A stretch of DNA of 64,000 nucleotides from positions 544,001 through 608,000 of the forward strand of contig CBDCTH010000004.1 in assembly GCA_965222155.1 (NCBI GenBank), written 5' to 3'. Position 1 is the first letter of the stretch; the number at the start of each line of letters is the position of its first letter. Of this stretch, positions 24,713 to 34,310 are shown piece by piece. The notes below the pieces were generated by a model that saw only the letters and a program-made list of their open reading frames with translations, was not told the origin of the DNA and ran no database searches. The DNA comes from Gammaproteobacteria bacterium (GTDB lineage Bacteria > Pseudomonadota > Gammaproteobacteria > Eutrophobiales > Eutrophobiaceae). Position numbers and translations under genes: made by a program.

Positions 24713-27328
24713 ATGACAGACTTCCAACCACTGATTGCGGCAGCGCCTGACCCCGAGGTTGCCGCACTCAGGTTTGATCGACTGCGGGAAGATGATGCCC
24801 TGCGCAAGGAACTGGATCTGCTGCCGGAATCCCGTGCGGCCGATTTCGTCAATATTATTGGTTATTCAGCCTTCCTGTTTAATTATATCTGCCGCAATCC
24901 GCAAACCATTCGCCTGCTGGGCGAACCTTGTGAAATCACTCCCGAACAACTGGACGGCATCCACGACCCTGAAGCCTTGCGGCGTTTCAAGTATGAGCAG
25001 TTGTTGAAAATAACCTGGATGGATGTATCGGGTCGTTATCCTTACGAAATTATTCTGGATCGGCTGAGCCTGCTGGCTGATTACATTCTCAGGAAGGTAT
25101 TTGCCCTTAGCTTCAGCACGGCTGATAAAAATGATCCGGGTAAATACATCAGTATTTTTGCGTTGGGGAAACTGGGAGCAGGCGAACTGAATTACAGTTC
25201 CGACGTAGACCTGATCTTTGTCGGCGGCAATCACGATGGAACCAGCGGATTGAAGCCACACGAATTACAGGGCGCGTTGACAAAAGGACTGAGGCAGTTC
25301 ACCAGAATGCTGGAGCAAACCACCCATAGCGGGTTTTTATACCGGGTTGACCTGAAACTCCGACCCTGGGGGAAAAGCGGACCGCTGTTTCTGTCCGTGG
25401 ACGAGACAGAGAATTATTACCAGGCCAGTACCGAGGCCTGGGAACGGCTGGCGTGGTTACGCGCCAGGTGCGTGGCGGGCAATGCAGACCTCGGCGAGGA
25501 ACTCCTTACCCGGTTGCGTCCCTTTGTCTTCATACGCTCCATGAGCAGCGCGGACCTGGAGCGGTTTGTCGCCATCAAGGGAGAAATGGCCAGGGTCCGG
25601 GCGCGCACTGGTCAATGGCATGTCAAGCTGGGTCGGGGCGGCATCAGGGACATTGAGTTCTTTGTCCAGATACTGCAACTGGTCAGCGCCGCAAAGCACG
25701 CCGAGTTGCGAACAACCAATACCCTGACGGTGCTGGAGAGCTTGCGCAAGCTGAACTTTATAGGAAGGGAGGAAGAACAGGAAATCAGGACCGCCTACCT
25801 GTTTTTGCGGCGCCTGGAAAACCGCCTGCAGATGGCGGATGAGAAACAGGTCCATGCTTTGCCGGATGACGCAGCAGGCAGGATACGAGTAGCGCGTTCC
25901 CTGAACATGGAAGGCCTGTCCGATGATGAAATTCTGGCAAATTTTGAACAATGCCTTAACGCCAACCGCAAGATAGCTGAAAACTATTTTGAAAAAATTC
26001 TGCCGGAGGCCGGGGATGACGGCGCGGGGACGGGTAATGAACCTCGCTTCACATTTGCAGGCGCCTGGAATAAGGTTCAGGCAGAGGTCAGTTTCACCCG
26101 CTGGACCGAATTATGCGAGAAGGAAAAATGGGGCGACAGACCGGCGAACAAAAACCTGATTATCAATATTTTCGGCGCAAGCTGGTATTTCACCCGATAT
26201 GTTTTTTTCCGAGGATATGAAATAACCGAGTTGATCGACCATTACCGGGATAAATCCATCAACGCTGATGAGATGATGCGGACGTTACAGGTGGACGCGT
26301 TCAAACAGGATGTTGAACTAGGGCTGAACGTTCTGTCATCAATAAAAAATCAATGGATGCTGTTGCTGCTCATTCGTTTTTTACTGGGAGAGATGGCGCT
26401 CGTGGAAGTGGAAAAAAACCTGACCCTGCTGGCAGAATGTGTTTTCAGCGCCATGATCAGGCATATGCACAAGGCCAACCGGCAGTTGTTTGACAACGTG
26501 GCGGTTCTGGGCATGGGCAGGATGGCAGGGTATGAGATGATATTCGGTTCCGATCTCGACCTGATATTCCTGTACCGGCCAAAATCCAGCGGAGATACCA
26601 CCCAGGCAGCACGTGAACTTCAGGGTTTAATGCGTCACCTGGCCAGGATATCCCCTGCCGGTCTGCTGTATGAAGTGGATATGCGTTTGCGGCCCCATGG
26701 CACATCCGGCTCACTGGTCACGCCAGTGGATTCCTTTATCGACTATCACCACTCTGAGCGCGCGGTCTGGGAGCGACAGATGATGACTCGCTGCCGGCCT
26801 ATCTATGATCCGCAAAACATGGGTATGGAGGCGTTGCAGGCGATCTCAGGCTCCATCTATGGAGGCCACGACATGGAATTGTTACAGGATGAAATTGTGA
26901 AAATGCGCGAACTGATAGAGGAGACACTGGGCAGCCCGCGCAATAAGCATGAAATAAAACGCGGCAAAGGCGGGATCATGGATATTGATTTTATTACACA
27001 TTTTCTGCAATTAAGTCATGGCGACAAACATGCTGCATTGCAAACGACAAGCACCCGAACGGCGCTAAACCGCTTGTCTGAACTGAATTACATTGACACA
27101 GACACCGCCGGGTTTTTATTGATGGCGTATAACTACCTGAAGAAAGCGGAAATCTGTATGCGCTTGATAGATTTGAAACCCAGCAGCACAATTCCGGCCG
27201 ACCATATACAAAATGCGGTACTGTCCAGGGGCATGGGCTTCGAGGATGGCCAGACCAGGGAATTTATGGAGGAATTTGTTGCGATCAGGGCAAAGGTCAG
27301 GGAAGCGTTTATTCGACTTGTTAGGTAA
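24713..27328 (+). CDS. glnE: Glutamine synthetase adenylyltransferase/deadenylase (divergent)
   Basis: Two nucleotidyltransferase domains: LGKLGAGELNYSSDVDLIF...RVDLKLRP and MGRMAGYEMIFGSDLDLIF...EVDMRLRP; GGIRDIEF and GGIMDIDF. Confidence 0.88.
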   Translation: MTDFQPLIAAAPDPEVAALRFDRLREDDALRKELDLLPESRAADFVNIIGYSAFLFNYICRNPQTIRLLGEPCEITPEQLDGIHDPEALRRFKYEQLLKITWMDVSGRYPYEIILDRLSLLADYILRKVFALSFSTADKNDPGKYISIFALGKLGAGELNYSSDVDLIFVGGNHDGTSGLKPHELQGALTKGLRQFTRMLEQTTHSGFLYRVDLKLRPWGKSGPLFLSVDETENYYQASTEAWERLAWLRARCVAGNADLGEELLTRLRPFVFIRSMSSADLERFVAIKGEMARVRARTGQWHVKLGRGGIRDIEFFVQILQLVSAAKHAELRTTNTLTVLESLRKLNFIGREEEQEIRTAYLFLRRLENRLQMADEKQVHALPDDAAGRIRVARSLNMEGLSDDEILANFEQCLNANRKIAENYFEKILPEAGDDGAGTGNEPRFTFAGAWNKVQAEVSFTRWTELCEKEKWGDRPANKNLIINIFGASWYFTRYVFFRGYEITELIDHYRDKSINADEMMRTLQVDAFKQDVELGLNVLSSIKNQWMLLLLIRFLLGEMALVEVEKNLTLLAECVFSAMIRHMHKANRQLFDNVAVLGMGRMAGYEMIFGSDLDLIFLYRPKSSGDTTQAARELQGLMRHLARISPAGLLYEVDMRLRPHGTSGSLVTPVDSFIDYHHSERAVWERQMMTRCRPIYDPQNMGMEALQAISGSIYGGHDMELLQDEIVKMRELIEETLGSPRNKHEIKRGKGGIMDIDFITHFLQLSHGDKHAALQTTSTRTALNRLSELNYIDTDTAGFLLMAYNYLKKAEICMRLIDLKPSSTIPADHIQNAVLSRGMGFEDGQTREFMEEFVAIRAKVREAFIRLVR

Positions 27329-27335
27329 GTATTCT

Positions 27336-27478
27336 GGCCACAAAGGGCACAGAGTACACAGAGTGGGCTTGTAAAGCGATTATATAGACCTATAGGACTG
27401 AAACAGAGCCCGTTACAGCGGACCTAAACCGGACTATATAGCAGGCATTAAACCTTGATCTCTGTGTCCTCTGCGGCT
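27336..27478. repeat. Family A element
   Basis: GGCCACAAAGGGCACAGAGTACACAGAG ... CTCTGTGTCCTCTGCGGCT. Confidence 0.82.
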
Positions 27479-27484
27479 TTAACC

Positions 27485-28483
27485 TTAAATCGGTTCGCAC
27501 GGGAAGAACTTCTCCTCCGGTATGTATGAAAGCAGGGTATTCCTGCAAAAAGATAATAAATCGTCACGCAGGGTCTCCCGGTATGTGACCATACCGTCAC
27601 CGGTTTCCTGCAGTGGTGAAGCGAACAGGACCTCTTCCGGGTAGAGGCGCGACAGGGTCTGATAAAATGATTTGGGTAGACGAAAACTCCCCAGGCTGAC
27701 CGAGTGGAGCAACGCCGTATCGATGTGTTTGAATACCTGCTCGAACAACTTCTCATATTGTTCCATTACCCCTTCCTGATAAATCAGCGGGTCGAAACGC
27801 AGCCCGATTTGCCAGCCGTGCGCCTGTAGTCGTTGCAGCGCTTGCAGCCGTTTACTCACCGGGGGTGTTTTATATTCAATGGCCGCGGCGATTTCAGCCG
27901 GCGTAAAACTGTAGGCGATAATACAATTGGGCGCCGGTTCTTGAGCCAGTAACGAACGGATTTGGGTACTCTTGGTACGTAATTCCAGCAAGGCCCGGGG
28001 ATATGTCCTGAATACGGGTAGAAATTCCTTCACAAAGTCCGTTATGGGTTCTAACGCGAGGCTGTCGCAGTCATAACCGGAAAAGAAATGGATCGAGGCG
28101 TTGTCTGCCGCCCGGATCTTTTCTGTGATGGCCTGGATAAAATCCTCATAGTTCACGAATATGACGTAATGCGCCGAGCGGTACATGCCCTGCAGGAAAC
28201 AGTATCGGCAGTCATAGATGCAGTTCAGCATATGGGAGAAATAATAATTCCGGTCTCCCCCGATGGCGTACTCGGGCGGGGAAGGCAGCACGTGGTTTGC
28301 AAACTTCTCGGCCAGGATCAACGCCGGCTTGATTTTCTGCAGGCGAAAGTTCTGTGCCCTGCGGTTAAAAATTTCGCCGTAACGCGTGCATTCCGTTACT
28401 GTCGCGTCCGGGAATTTCTGCATAATTGCACGCGCCCGGGGGTGCTCAAGCAGGGCTTCCTCAATGTAAATCTGATCTATCAT
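27485..28483 (-). CDS. Spore photoproduct lyase-family radical SAM protein
   Basis: NCIYDCRYCFLQG (CxxxCxxC), YDCDSLALE, LELRTKS, GLRFDP. Confidence 0.85.
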   Translation of the reverse strand: MIDQIYIEEALLEHPRARAIMQKFPDATVTECTRYGEIFNRRAQNFRLQKIKPALILAEKFANHVLPSPPEYAIGGDRNYYFSHMLNCIYDCRYCFLQGMYRSAHYVIFVNYEDFIQAITEKIRAADNASIHFFSGYDCDSLALEPITDFVKEFLPVFRTYPRALLELRTKSTQIRSLLAQEPAPNCIIAYSFTPAEIAAAIEYKTPPVSKRLQALQRLQAHGWQIGLRFDPLIYQEGVMEQYEKLFEQVFKHIDTALLHSVSLGSFRLPKSFYQTLSRLYPEEVLFASPLQETGDGMVTYRETLRDDLLSFCRNTLLSYIPEEKFFPCEPI

Positions 28484-28737
28484 TGCTCTTTATTATAAGC
28501 CACAGAGTACACAGAGAGCACAGCGCGCGATAGTGCATGCCTTCGGCCCGTCATACCGGCGCATGCCGGTATCCAGTCGACAAGACAATCCCTTGCTCTT
28601 TATTATAAGCCACAGAGTACACAGAGAGCACAGCGCGTGATAGTGCATGGCTTCGGCCCGTCATACCGGCGCATGCCGGTATCCAGTAAACAACTTTTTC
28701 CTTTATGTTGTCGGTGCCCTTTGTGCCCTCTGTGGCT
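28483..28737. repeat. Family A element with duplicated left end (95-bp direct repeat, 110-bp period) carrying REP-like units
   Basis: TTGCTCTTTATTATAAGCCACAGAGTACACAGAG...ATCCAGT at 28483-28577 and 28593-28687; right arm CTTTGTGCCCTCTGTGGCT ends at 28737. Confidence 0.88.
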
Positions 28738-29550
28738 TTAACGGAACTTGATGGGGGCCTTGTCCAGTTCGTCACGCAGGAATTTAAGGACTTCCCTGGC
28801 GGAGTTCTGCCCGGCCAGGCGCCCGGCCAATCCCGTATCTCCGGGATAAAGTGCTTGCCATTTTCTGAGCGCAGCCTGTAACTGGTGTTGCCGGCTGACA
28901 CTGAAATGACGCTCCTTGATGATTGCATGGTAGTTCGGGCCCGGGTCGTTAAGCCGCTGTTGCAGTGCCGTGAGTGAAAGCAGTTGCCGAATGATGTCTT
29001 CAACCACAGGCAGGTTTTGCATCATCAAGCGGCTGATGAGCTTTGGGTCGACGCCCTCCATGGGCTGGTCGGCATTATCTGAGATAATCTTCACTGCCTG
29101 TACCAATTCCAGGGTCGCAAATCCGGTTACGGCCTGAAAATATCCCGCGCCTTCCATGTCGAATAATTCGCTTCGATATTCGCTGCCGGGTTGCTCCAGA
29201 GTGATCAGGTCGTGGGCAGGCAGTGTTGTGTCAAAAACGCGGGACGGAAACCAGGTCTGTCCGGAACCGGCATCGGTTATCTTTTTTATGATGACCGCCT
29301 GGCCGAGCGGCAAGCTTGCATGACCGGCAATGCCCAGGTTAAGCCAGGCGTGTGACCTGCCGGCCTTGTAATGATCGCGGGTACGGGTCACTGCCGCCGC
29401 CGCCGCGGGTTTGCCGATACCTGAGATGGTGAGTGTGATTTGCCCGTCCGGATTCCGGTAGATTGGAACCCTGCCGGCCAGTGGCTGCATGGCAAAATAA
29501 TCCAGCAATGGCCGGGCCTCAGGTTTCAGGGCACAGATTATGTGGAGCAT
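28738..29550 (-). CDS. Nucleoside phosphorylase / MTA-SAH nucleosidase-like protein
   Basis: ICALKPEA, SGIGK, NLGIAG, FDMEGAG, KIISD motifs of the PNP/UDP fold, plus a C-terminal extension. Confidence 0.7.
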   Translation of the reverse strand: MLHIICALKPEARPLLDYFAMQPLAGRVPIYRNPDGQITLTISGIGKPAAAAAVTRTRDHYKAGRSHAWLNLGIAGHASLPLGQAVIIKKITDAGSGQTWFPSRVFDTTLPAHDLITLEQPGSEYRSELFDMEGAGYFQAVTGFATLELVQAVKIISDNADQPMEGVDPKLISRLMMQNLPVVEDIIRQLLSLTALQQRLNDPGPNYHAIIKERHFSVSRQHQLQAALRKWQALYPGDTGLAGRLAGQNSAREVLKFLRDELDKAPIKFR

Positions 29551-30374
29551 TGACCCGCGTAGTGGGCCAGCAACTGTTCACATTCGGCGACATATATCCG
29601 ATTGTTGTATTTTCTGGCGCCGTTTAAATATATCCCGACCTTACTGACCAGTGTGTCTATCGCTGCTTTCCTGTCGGACGTTTCCAGTTCCACTTCATTG
29701 AGAATTCTGTCTATCGACCTGATCCGGTAGCGGTCCATTCCCCAATAGCGGGTTGAGAGTTGGTCACTGTGCCCGCCGTACTTGGTAATCAGGGGTTCAT
29801 GGATAAATAATACCGGCATCCGGGCACAGATGCGCAGCCATAAGTCGTAATCCTCACAAGCCGGCAGCGTTTCATCGAACAGGCCGACCTGTTCGAATAC
29901 GCTCCGGTGAATGATGACGGATGAAGGGGAGATGACGCAAAGAGGCAGACAATATTTGAATATTGAACCACCGTATTTCCGGTGCTTGCGCTGCGGGTTT
30001 ATACGGACGCCGTTACGTATCCATATTTCATCAGTGTGAATGACATTACTGCCGGGAGATTTCTCAATAAGTTGTACCTGCCGCCCCAACTTGCCGGGAG
30101 ACCAGGTATCGTCTGAATCAAGAAACGCCAGCCAATCACCTTTTGCTGCGCGTATACCTGCATTCCTGGCCGCGCTTACCCCCTTGTTTGTCTGCGAGAT
30201 TAAATTTATCCCGGGATAGTCCCGTTGCGCCAGGGACCGGGTCGCGTCGGTGGAACCGTCATCGACGACAATGATTTCAATAGGTGCATAGTTCTGGGAG
30301 ACAACCGAATTCAGGCACCTGGGTAACAGGTGGGCGCGGTTATAACTGGGGATGATAACGCTTACAGATTTCAT
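29538..30374 (-). CDS. Glycosyltransferase family 2
   Basis: VSVIIPSYNR, VVDDGSTD, AFLDSDD, EDYDLWLR. Confidence 0.93.
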   Translation of the reverse strand: MKSVSVIIPSYNRAHLLPRCLNSVVSQNYAPIEIIVVDDGSTDATRSLAQRDYPGINLISQTNKGVSAARNAGIRAAKGDWLAFLDSDDTWSPGKLGRQVQLIEKSPGSNVIHTDEIWIRNGVRINPQRKHRKYGGSIFKYCLPLCVISPSSVIIHRSVFEQVGLFDETLPACEDYDLWLRICARMPVLFIHEPLITKYGGHSDQLSTRYWGMDRYRIRSIDRILNEVELETSDRKAAIDTLVSKVGIYLNGARKYNNRIYVAECEQLLAHYAGQCST

Positions 30375-30391
30375 GTGTCTGACGTAGTATA

Positions 30392-30530
30392 AGCCACAGA
30401 GGGCATAGAGATCACAGAGTCCGGTTTAGAGGGTTTTTTAATATGTCCCTGATGGAACATAATCACGAAGAATGCCCGTATATTAAAAAAGCCTTCAATC
30501 CACTCTGTGATCTCTATGCCCTCTGTGGCT
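30392..30530. repeat. Family A element
   Basis: Perfect 29-bp IR AGCCACAGAGGGCATAGAGATCACAGAGT / ACTCTGTGATCTCTATGCCCTCTGTGGCT between divergent genes. Confidence 0.9.
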
Positions 30531-30542
30531 ATACTATACACC

Positions 30543-31298
30543 ATGGCTCGACTTGAGGGTAAGGTAACGGTAATAACCGGGGCGAGTTCCGGGATCGGGC
30601 GCGCTATTGCACTGGCGTATGCCAGGGAAGGTGCGCGCGTAATCGTCAATTACAACGAGTCAATAGACCAGGCTCAAGACGTAGTCAGCGAAATACAGGG
30701 GTTTTCCGGACAGGCAGTCGCCATACAGGCGGATATTGCCGAACCCGATGCCGTGGGCAGTTTGATTAACACGGCCACCAGCGAGTTTGGTCGAATCGAT
30801 GTATGGGTGAATAATGCCGGTGCGGATATTTTGACGGGCAATAGCGCCAGGCTGCCGGACCGGGAAAAACTCGCAGAACTGATAGACGTTGACCTGAAGG
30901 GGACAATCCAATGTTGCTGGGCCATTGCCGACGTCATGCAACAACAGGGCAGCGGGGTGATTATCAATATGTCCTGGGACCAGGCAGTCCATGGTTACCA
31001 GGGTACCAATCCGCAAATGTTTTCCGCGGTAAAGGCCGGCATTCAGGCGTTCAGTAAATCACTGGCCAAGACGATTGCCCCCGCGGTCAGGGTCAACGTA
31101 CTGGCGCCGGGCTGGATTGCCACTTCTTTCGCCAAAGACGTGATGGAAGAAGAGTATTACTCGGAACGCACGGCTGAAATTCCATTGAAAAGATTTGGCG
31201 TACCCGCCGACGTCGCCGCCGCGGCCGTGTTCCTCGCCTCCGAAGATTCAGCCTATATAACGGGCACAGTACTCAACGTAGGCGGCGGAGTTGTATAA
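30543..31298 (+). CDS. SDR-family oxidoreductase (atypical catalytic motif)
   Basis: TGASSGIG, NNAG, VRVNVLAPG; FSAVK where YxxxK is expected. Confidence 0.9.
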   Translation: MARLEGKVTVITGASSGIGRAIALAYAREGARVIVNYNESIDQAQDVVSEIQGFSGQAVAIQADIAEPDAVGSLINTATSEFGRIDVWVNNAGADILTGNSARLPDREKLAELIDVDLKGTIQCCWAIADVMQQQGSGVIINMSWDQAVHGYQGTNPQMFSAVKAGIQAFSKSLAKTIAPAVRVNVLAPGWIATSFAKDVMEEEYYSERTAEIPLKRFGVPADVAAAAVFLASEDSAYITGTVLNVGGGVV

Positions 31299-31329
31299 CG
31301 ACCCGGCGCCGCTTCTCTGCTTCCGCAGA

Positions 31330-32067
31330 ATGGCAGTCTGCCATTTTCTGATTTCAGCAGTGTTCTCTGCCGGCTTGTCCGCGCAGGACGGCTATGAGAC
31401 TGCGCAGCGCGGGATGATAGCCGATATCAGGGAAATGGTGGTCGATACCCGGAGTTATACCGGTATAGCCGCGCTGGATGAAAAGGTAATGCAGGCTATG
31501 GCTGAGGCGCCGCGCCACGAATTCGTCCCCCATTCCCTGCGCGAATTCGCCTACCTGAACAATCCTCTGCCAATTGGTGAAGGCCAGACCATTTCACAGC
31601 CCTACATTGTTGCATTGATGACCCACCTGATGAATCTGGATGAAGACGCAGTTGTTTTGGAAGTCGGCACCGGATCAGGTTACCAGGCCGCGGTTCTGGC
31701 GCGCCTGACGCGCCATGTTTACACCATTGAGATCATCGAGACACTGGGCAGGCGGGCAGAAAATACCCTGGCGCGTCTGGGTTTCGATAACGTGACGGTG
31801 AGGATCGGAGACGGATACATCGGTTGGGAGAAACATGCGCCTTTCGATGCGATCATCGTGACGGCCGCCCCCGAGGATGTGCCTCAACCCCTGATAGACC
31901 AGTTAAAACCCGGCGCGCGCATGGTGATCCCGGTCGGCCCGCAACACGGCTATCAATCACTGCAGGTGCTGGAAAAACAGCAATCCGGCGAGGTCAAGGT
32001 CACAGACATCCTGCCGGTAGGTTTCGTTCCTCTGGTGAAAGGCTTATCCAAACCTGTACCCAAGTAA
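31330..32067 (+). CDS. pcm: Protein-L-isoaspartate O-methyltransferase (paralog with N-terminal extension)
   Basis: GQTISQPYIVA, VLEVGTGSGYQAA, APFDAIIVTAA; start uncertain (TTG 31291 or ATG 31330). Confidence 0.88.
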   Translation: MAVCHFLISAVFSAGLSAQDGYETAQRGMIADIREMVVDTRSYTGIAALDEKVMQAMAEAPRHEFVPHSLREFAYLNNPLPIGEGQTISQPYIVALMTHLMNLDEDAVVLEVGTGSGYQAAVLARLTRHVYTIEIIETLGRRAENTLARLGFDNVTVRIGDGYIGWEKHAPFDAIIVTAAPEDVPQPLIDQLKPGARMVIPVGPQHGYQSLQVLEKQQSGEVKVTDILPVGFVPLVKGLSKPVPK

Positions 32068-32072
32068 CGGAA

Positions 32073-34220
32073 TCACCCATTATCCGTTTGGAACTTTTCC
32101 ATGAGAGTGACGTAATCCGTTTTCCCCGTACCCAGTATCGGTAACTCTCCCAGGTGTACCACGTCTCTGGGTATATACAGTTCTCCGTAACCCAGTTCCC
32201 GCACCTTTTGCTGGAAGGATTTTCGGTCGGCCTGGTCATGGTCAGTGACCAGGATGATTTTTTCCCCTTTGCGCTCATCGGGTAAGGAGATGGCGGCATG
32301 ATTGTAATCCGGCCAGGTGATGCCGGCCAGTTCTTCCACCGCGGTAAGCGAGATCATTTCGCCGCCAATCTTGGCAAAGCGTTTGGCCCGCCCCAGTAGT
32401 TCGATATATCCCTCATTATCGATCGCCGCTATGTCGCCGGTATCATACCAGCCCTCCCCGCGCTCCGTGCGCGGCGCCTGTATGTTTCCGTCAGTGCCAT
32501 GCAACAGGTAACCTGACATGACGTTCGGTCCGTTTACCACCAGGCGGCCGCCGTTGTTAATCCCGGCAACGGGTTCCAGGTAGGCCTGCATCCCCGGCAG
32601 CAGTTTTCCCACACTGGCGCGTTTTTGGTTGAGCGGGGTATTCGCCGAGATGACCGGACTGCATTCCGTTGCGCCGTAGCCTTCCAGGACACGTATTCCG
32701 AACTTTTCCATCCACAGCTTACGGGTGTCTTCCTGCAGCTTTTCAGCCCCGGCCAGCACATATTTCAGGGACTTGAAATCATAAGGATGGGCATGGTGGG
32801 CATAGCCTTTGAGGAATGTATTGGTGCCGAATAAAATCGATGCGTCTGTCTGGTACAGCAGTTCGGGAATAATCCGGTAATGCAGGGGTGTGGTGTACAG
32901 GAATATTTTGCAACCGCCCAGTAACGGCAGCAGACAACCGACATTCAGACCGAATGAGTGAAACAGCGGCAGGCAGTTGAAAAAAATATCACTGGGCGTA
33001 AAACCGATACGGCTACGCGCCTGGGCGAAATTGGCCAACAGGTTCCGGTGGGATAACACCACTCCCTTGGGGACTCCTTCCGACCCGGAAGTAAACAGGA
33101 TTGTAGCAGGGTCGCCCGGGTTTGCGCTCCCGCGATAATGGGCTCGGGGAAAGCGACTGCGGAGCAACCCGAGCAACTTATCCGGCAGGCGGATACGATC
33201 GCGCAAATCCTCCAGGTATACCAGGTTCACGCGTTGTTGCAGTCTTTCTGCCACTGATTCAAGCGCGGCGTTCTCGATAAACTGCCGGGACGTATAAACG
33301 GTTCTGATCGACGCCGTTTCACAGGCTTTCAGCAATACCTGCAAGCCGGTCGTGTAGTTGAGCATGGCAGGAATGCGCTCCAGGTATTGCAAAGCCAGGA
33401 ACACCACCACGCCGGCCGCGACGTTCGGCATCAGTACGCCGACGCGTTCTCCTGCCTGAGTATCCTCGCGCAACACGCCCCCCAGGATAAAAGTGCGCGT
33501 GAACAACTGGCTGTAGGTTAACGGCTCCCGTTTAATATCTTCAAGTACGATATGGTTTTTTCCATATAGTCCTGCCGCCTCCAGGATGGCGCCGAAGACA
33601 GTCTTGTTATAGTCATAACAGGTAAAAGACAACCTGTACATCAGGTCCTGCATCTGCACGGCCGCGGCCTTGCGCCGTTCCTGTCCCTGGATTGAGGCGT
33701 CTATTGTTATTTTCTCCGGCGCCAGCACCCTTAGCCTGATTTTGGGAAATTTTCTCCGTTGCCCCAGGTAGCCGAAACAAGTCAATTGCGGGCCATCGAT
33801 AGCGATTGGCAACAGGGTAGCCCCGGAACGGTCTGCTATCAATCCAGGCCCTTCATAAATCTTCATCAGGCTGCCGCTTGTGGTGATGCGGCCTTCCGGG
33901 AAAATAACTGCTTTCCGGTCGTTCTGCAGGAAGCGCACCATGGTTTTTACCGACAGCGGGTTAGTCGGATCCATGGTGTATAAATCTGCGAAGTAGAGAA
34001 ATGGTTTGAACTGCGGGCGCGTGGCAACCTGCGTATTGATTGCGAACCTGGGCGTATCAGGCAACCAGGCGTATAGCAGGATGCTGTCAAGCAGGGATAT
34101 ATGGTTGGCGACAATCAGAACCCGCTTGCCCGCCTGGTGATAATGCTCCATACCGGTTACCTCAACCCGGTACAGTACCCGTAACAGGCAACGCAGGAAG
34201 AATTTCAGGAGGCTGATCAT
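32073..34220 (-). CDS. aas: Bifunctional 2-acyl-GPE acyltransferase / acyl-ACP synthetase
   Basis: NHISLLD and FPEG acyltransferase motifs; FTSGSEGVPKG, EGYGATE, YDTGD AMP-binding motifs. Confidence 0.9.
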   Translation of the reverse strand: MISLLKFFLRCLLRVLYRVEVTGMEHYHQAGKRVLIVANHISLLDSILLYAWLPDTPRFAINTQVATRPQFKPFLYFADLYTMDPTNPLSVKTMVRFLQNDRKAVIFPEGRITTSGSLMKIYEGPGLIADRSGATLLPIAIDGPQLTCFGYLGQRRKFPKIRLRVLAPEKITIDASIQGQERRKAAAVQMQDLMYRLSFTCYDYNKTVFGAILEAAGLYGKNHIVLEDIKREPLTYSQLFTRTFILGGVLREDTQAGERVGVLMPNVAAGVVVFLALQYLERIPAMLNYTTGLQVLLKACETASIRTVYTSRQFIENAALESVAERLQQRVNLVYLEDLRDRIRLPDKLLGLLRSRFPRAHYRGSANPGDPATILFTSGSEGVPKGVVLSHRNLLANFAQARSRIGFTPSDIFFNCLPLFHSFGLNVGCLLPLLGGCKIFLYTTPLHYRIIPELLYQTDASILFGTNTFLKGYAHHAHPYDFKSLKYVLAGAEKLQEDTRKLWMEKFGIRVLEGYGATECSPVISANTPLNQKRASVGKLLPGMQAYLEPVAGINNGGRLVVNGPNVMSGYLLHGTDGNIQAPRTERGEGWYDTGDIAAIDNEGYIELLGRAKRFAKIGGEMISLTAVEELAGITWPDYNHAAISLPDERKGEKIILVTDHDQADRKSFQQKVRELGYGELYIPRDVVHLGELPILGTGKTDYVTLMEKFQTDNG

Positions 34221-34310
34221 CCTGTAATTCTACGAAGAATCAGCGCAAATGTGAACCAGGGGGCGGAGGGCGCAGCAGGTCTGCAGGGCAAGCGCCGGGA
34301 ATGGCGCTCA

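Noticed and set aside
28483-28737. Possible CRISPR array
   Set aside because: Only two 95-bp units, no repeat-spacer pattern, no cas genes
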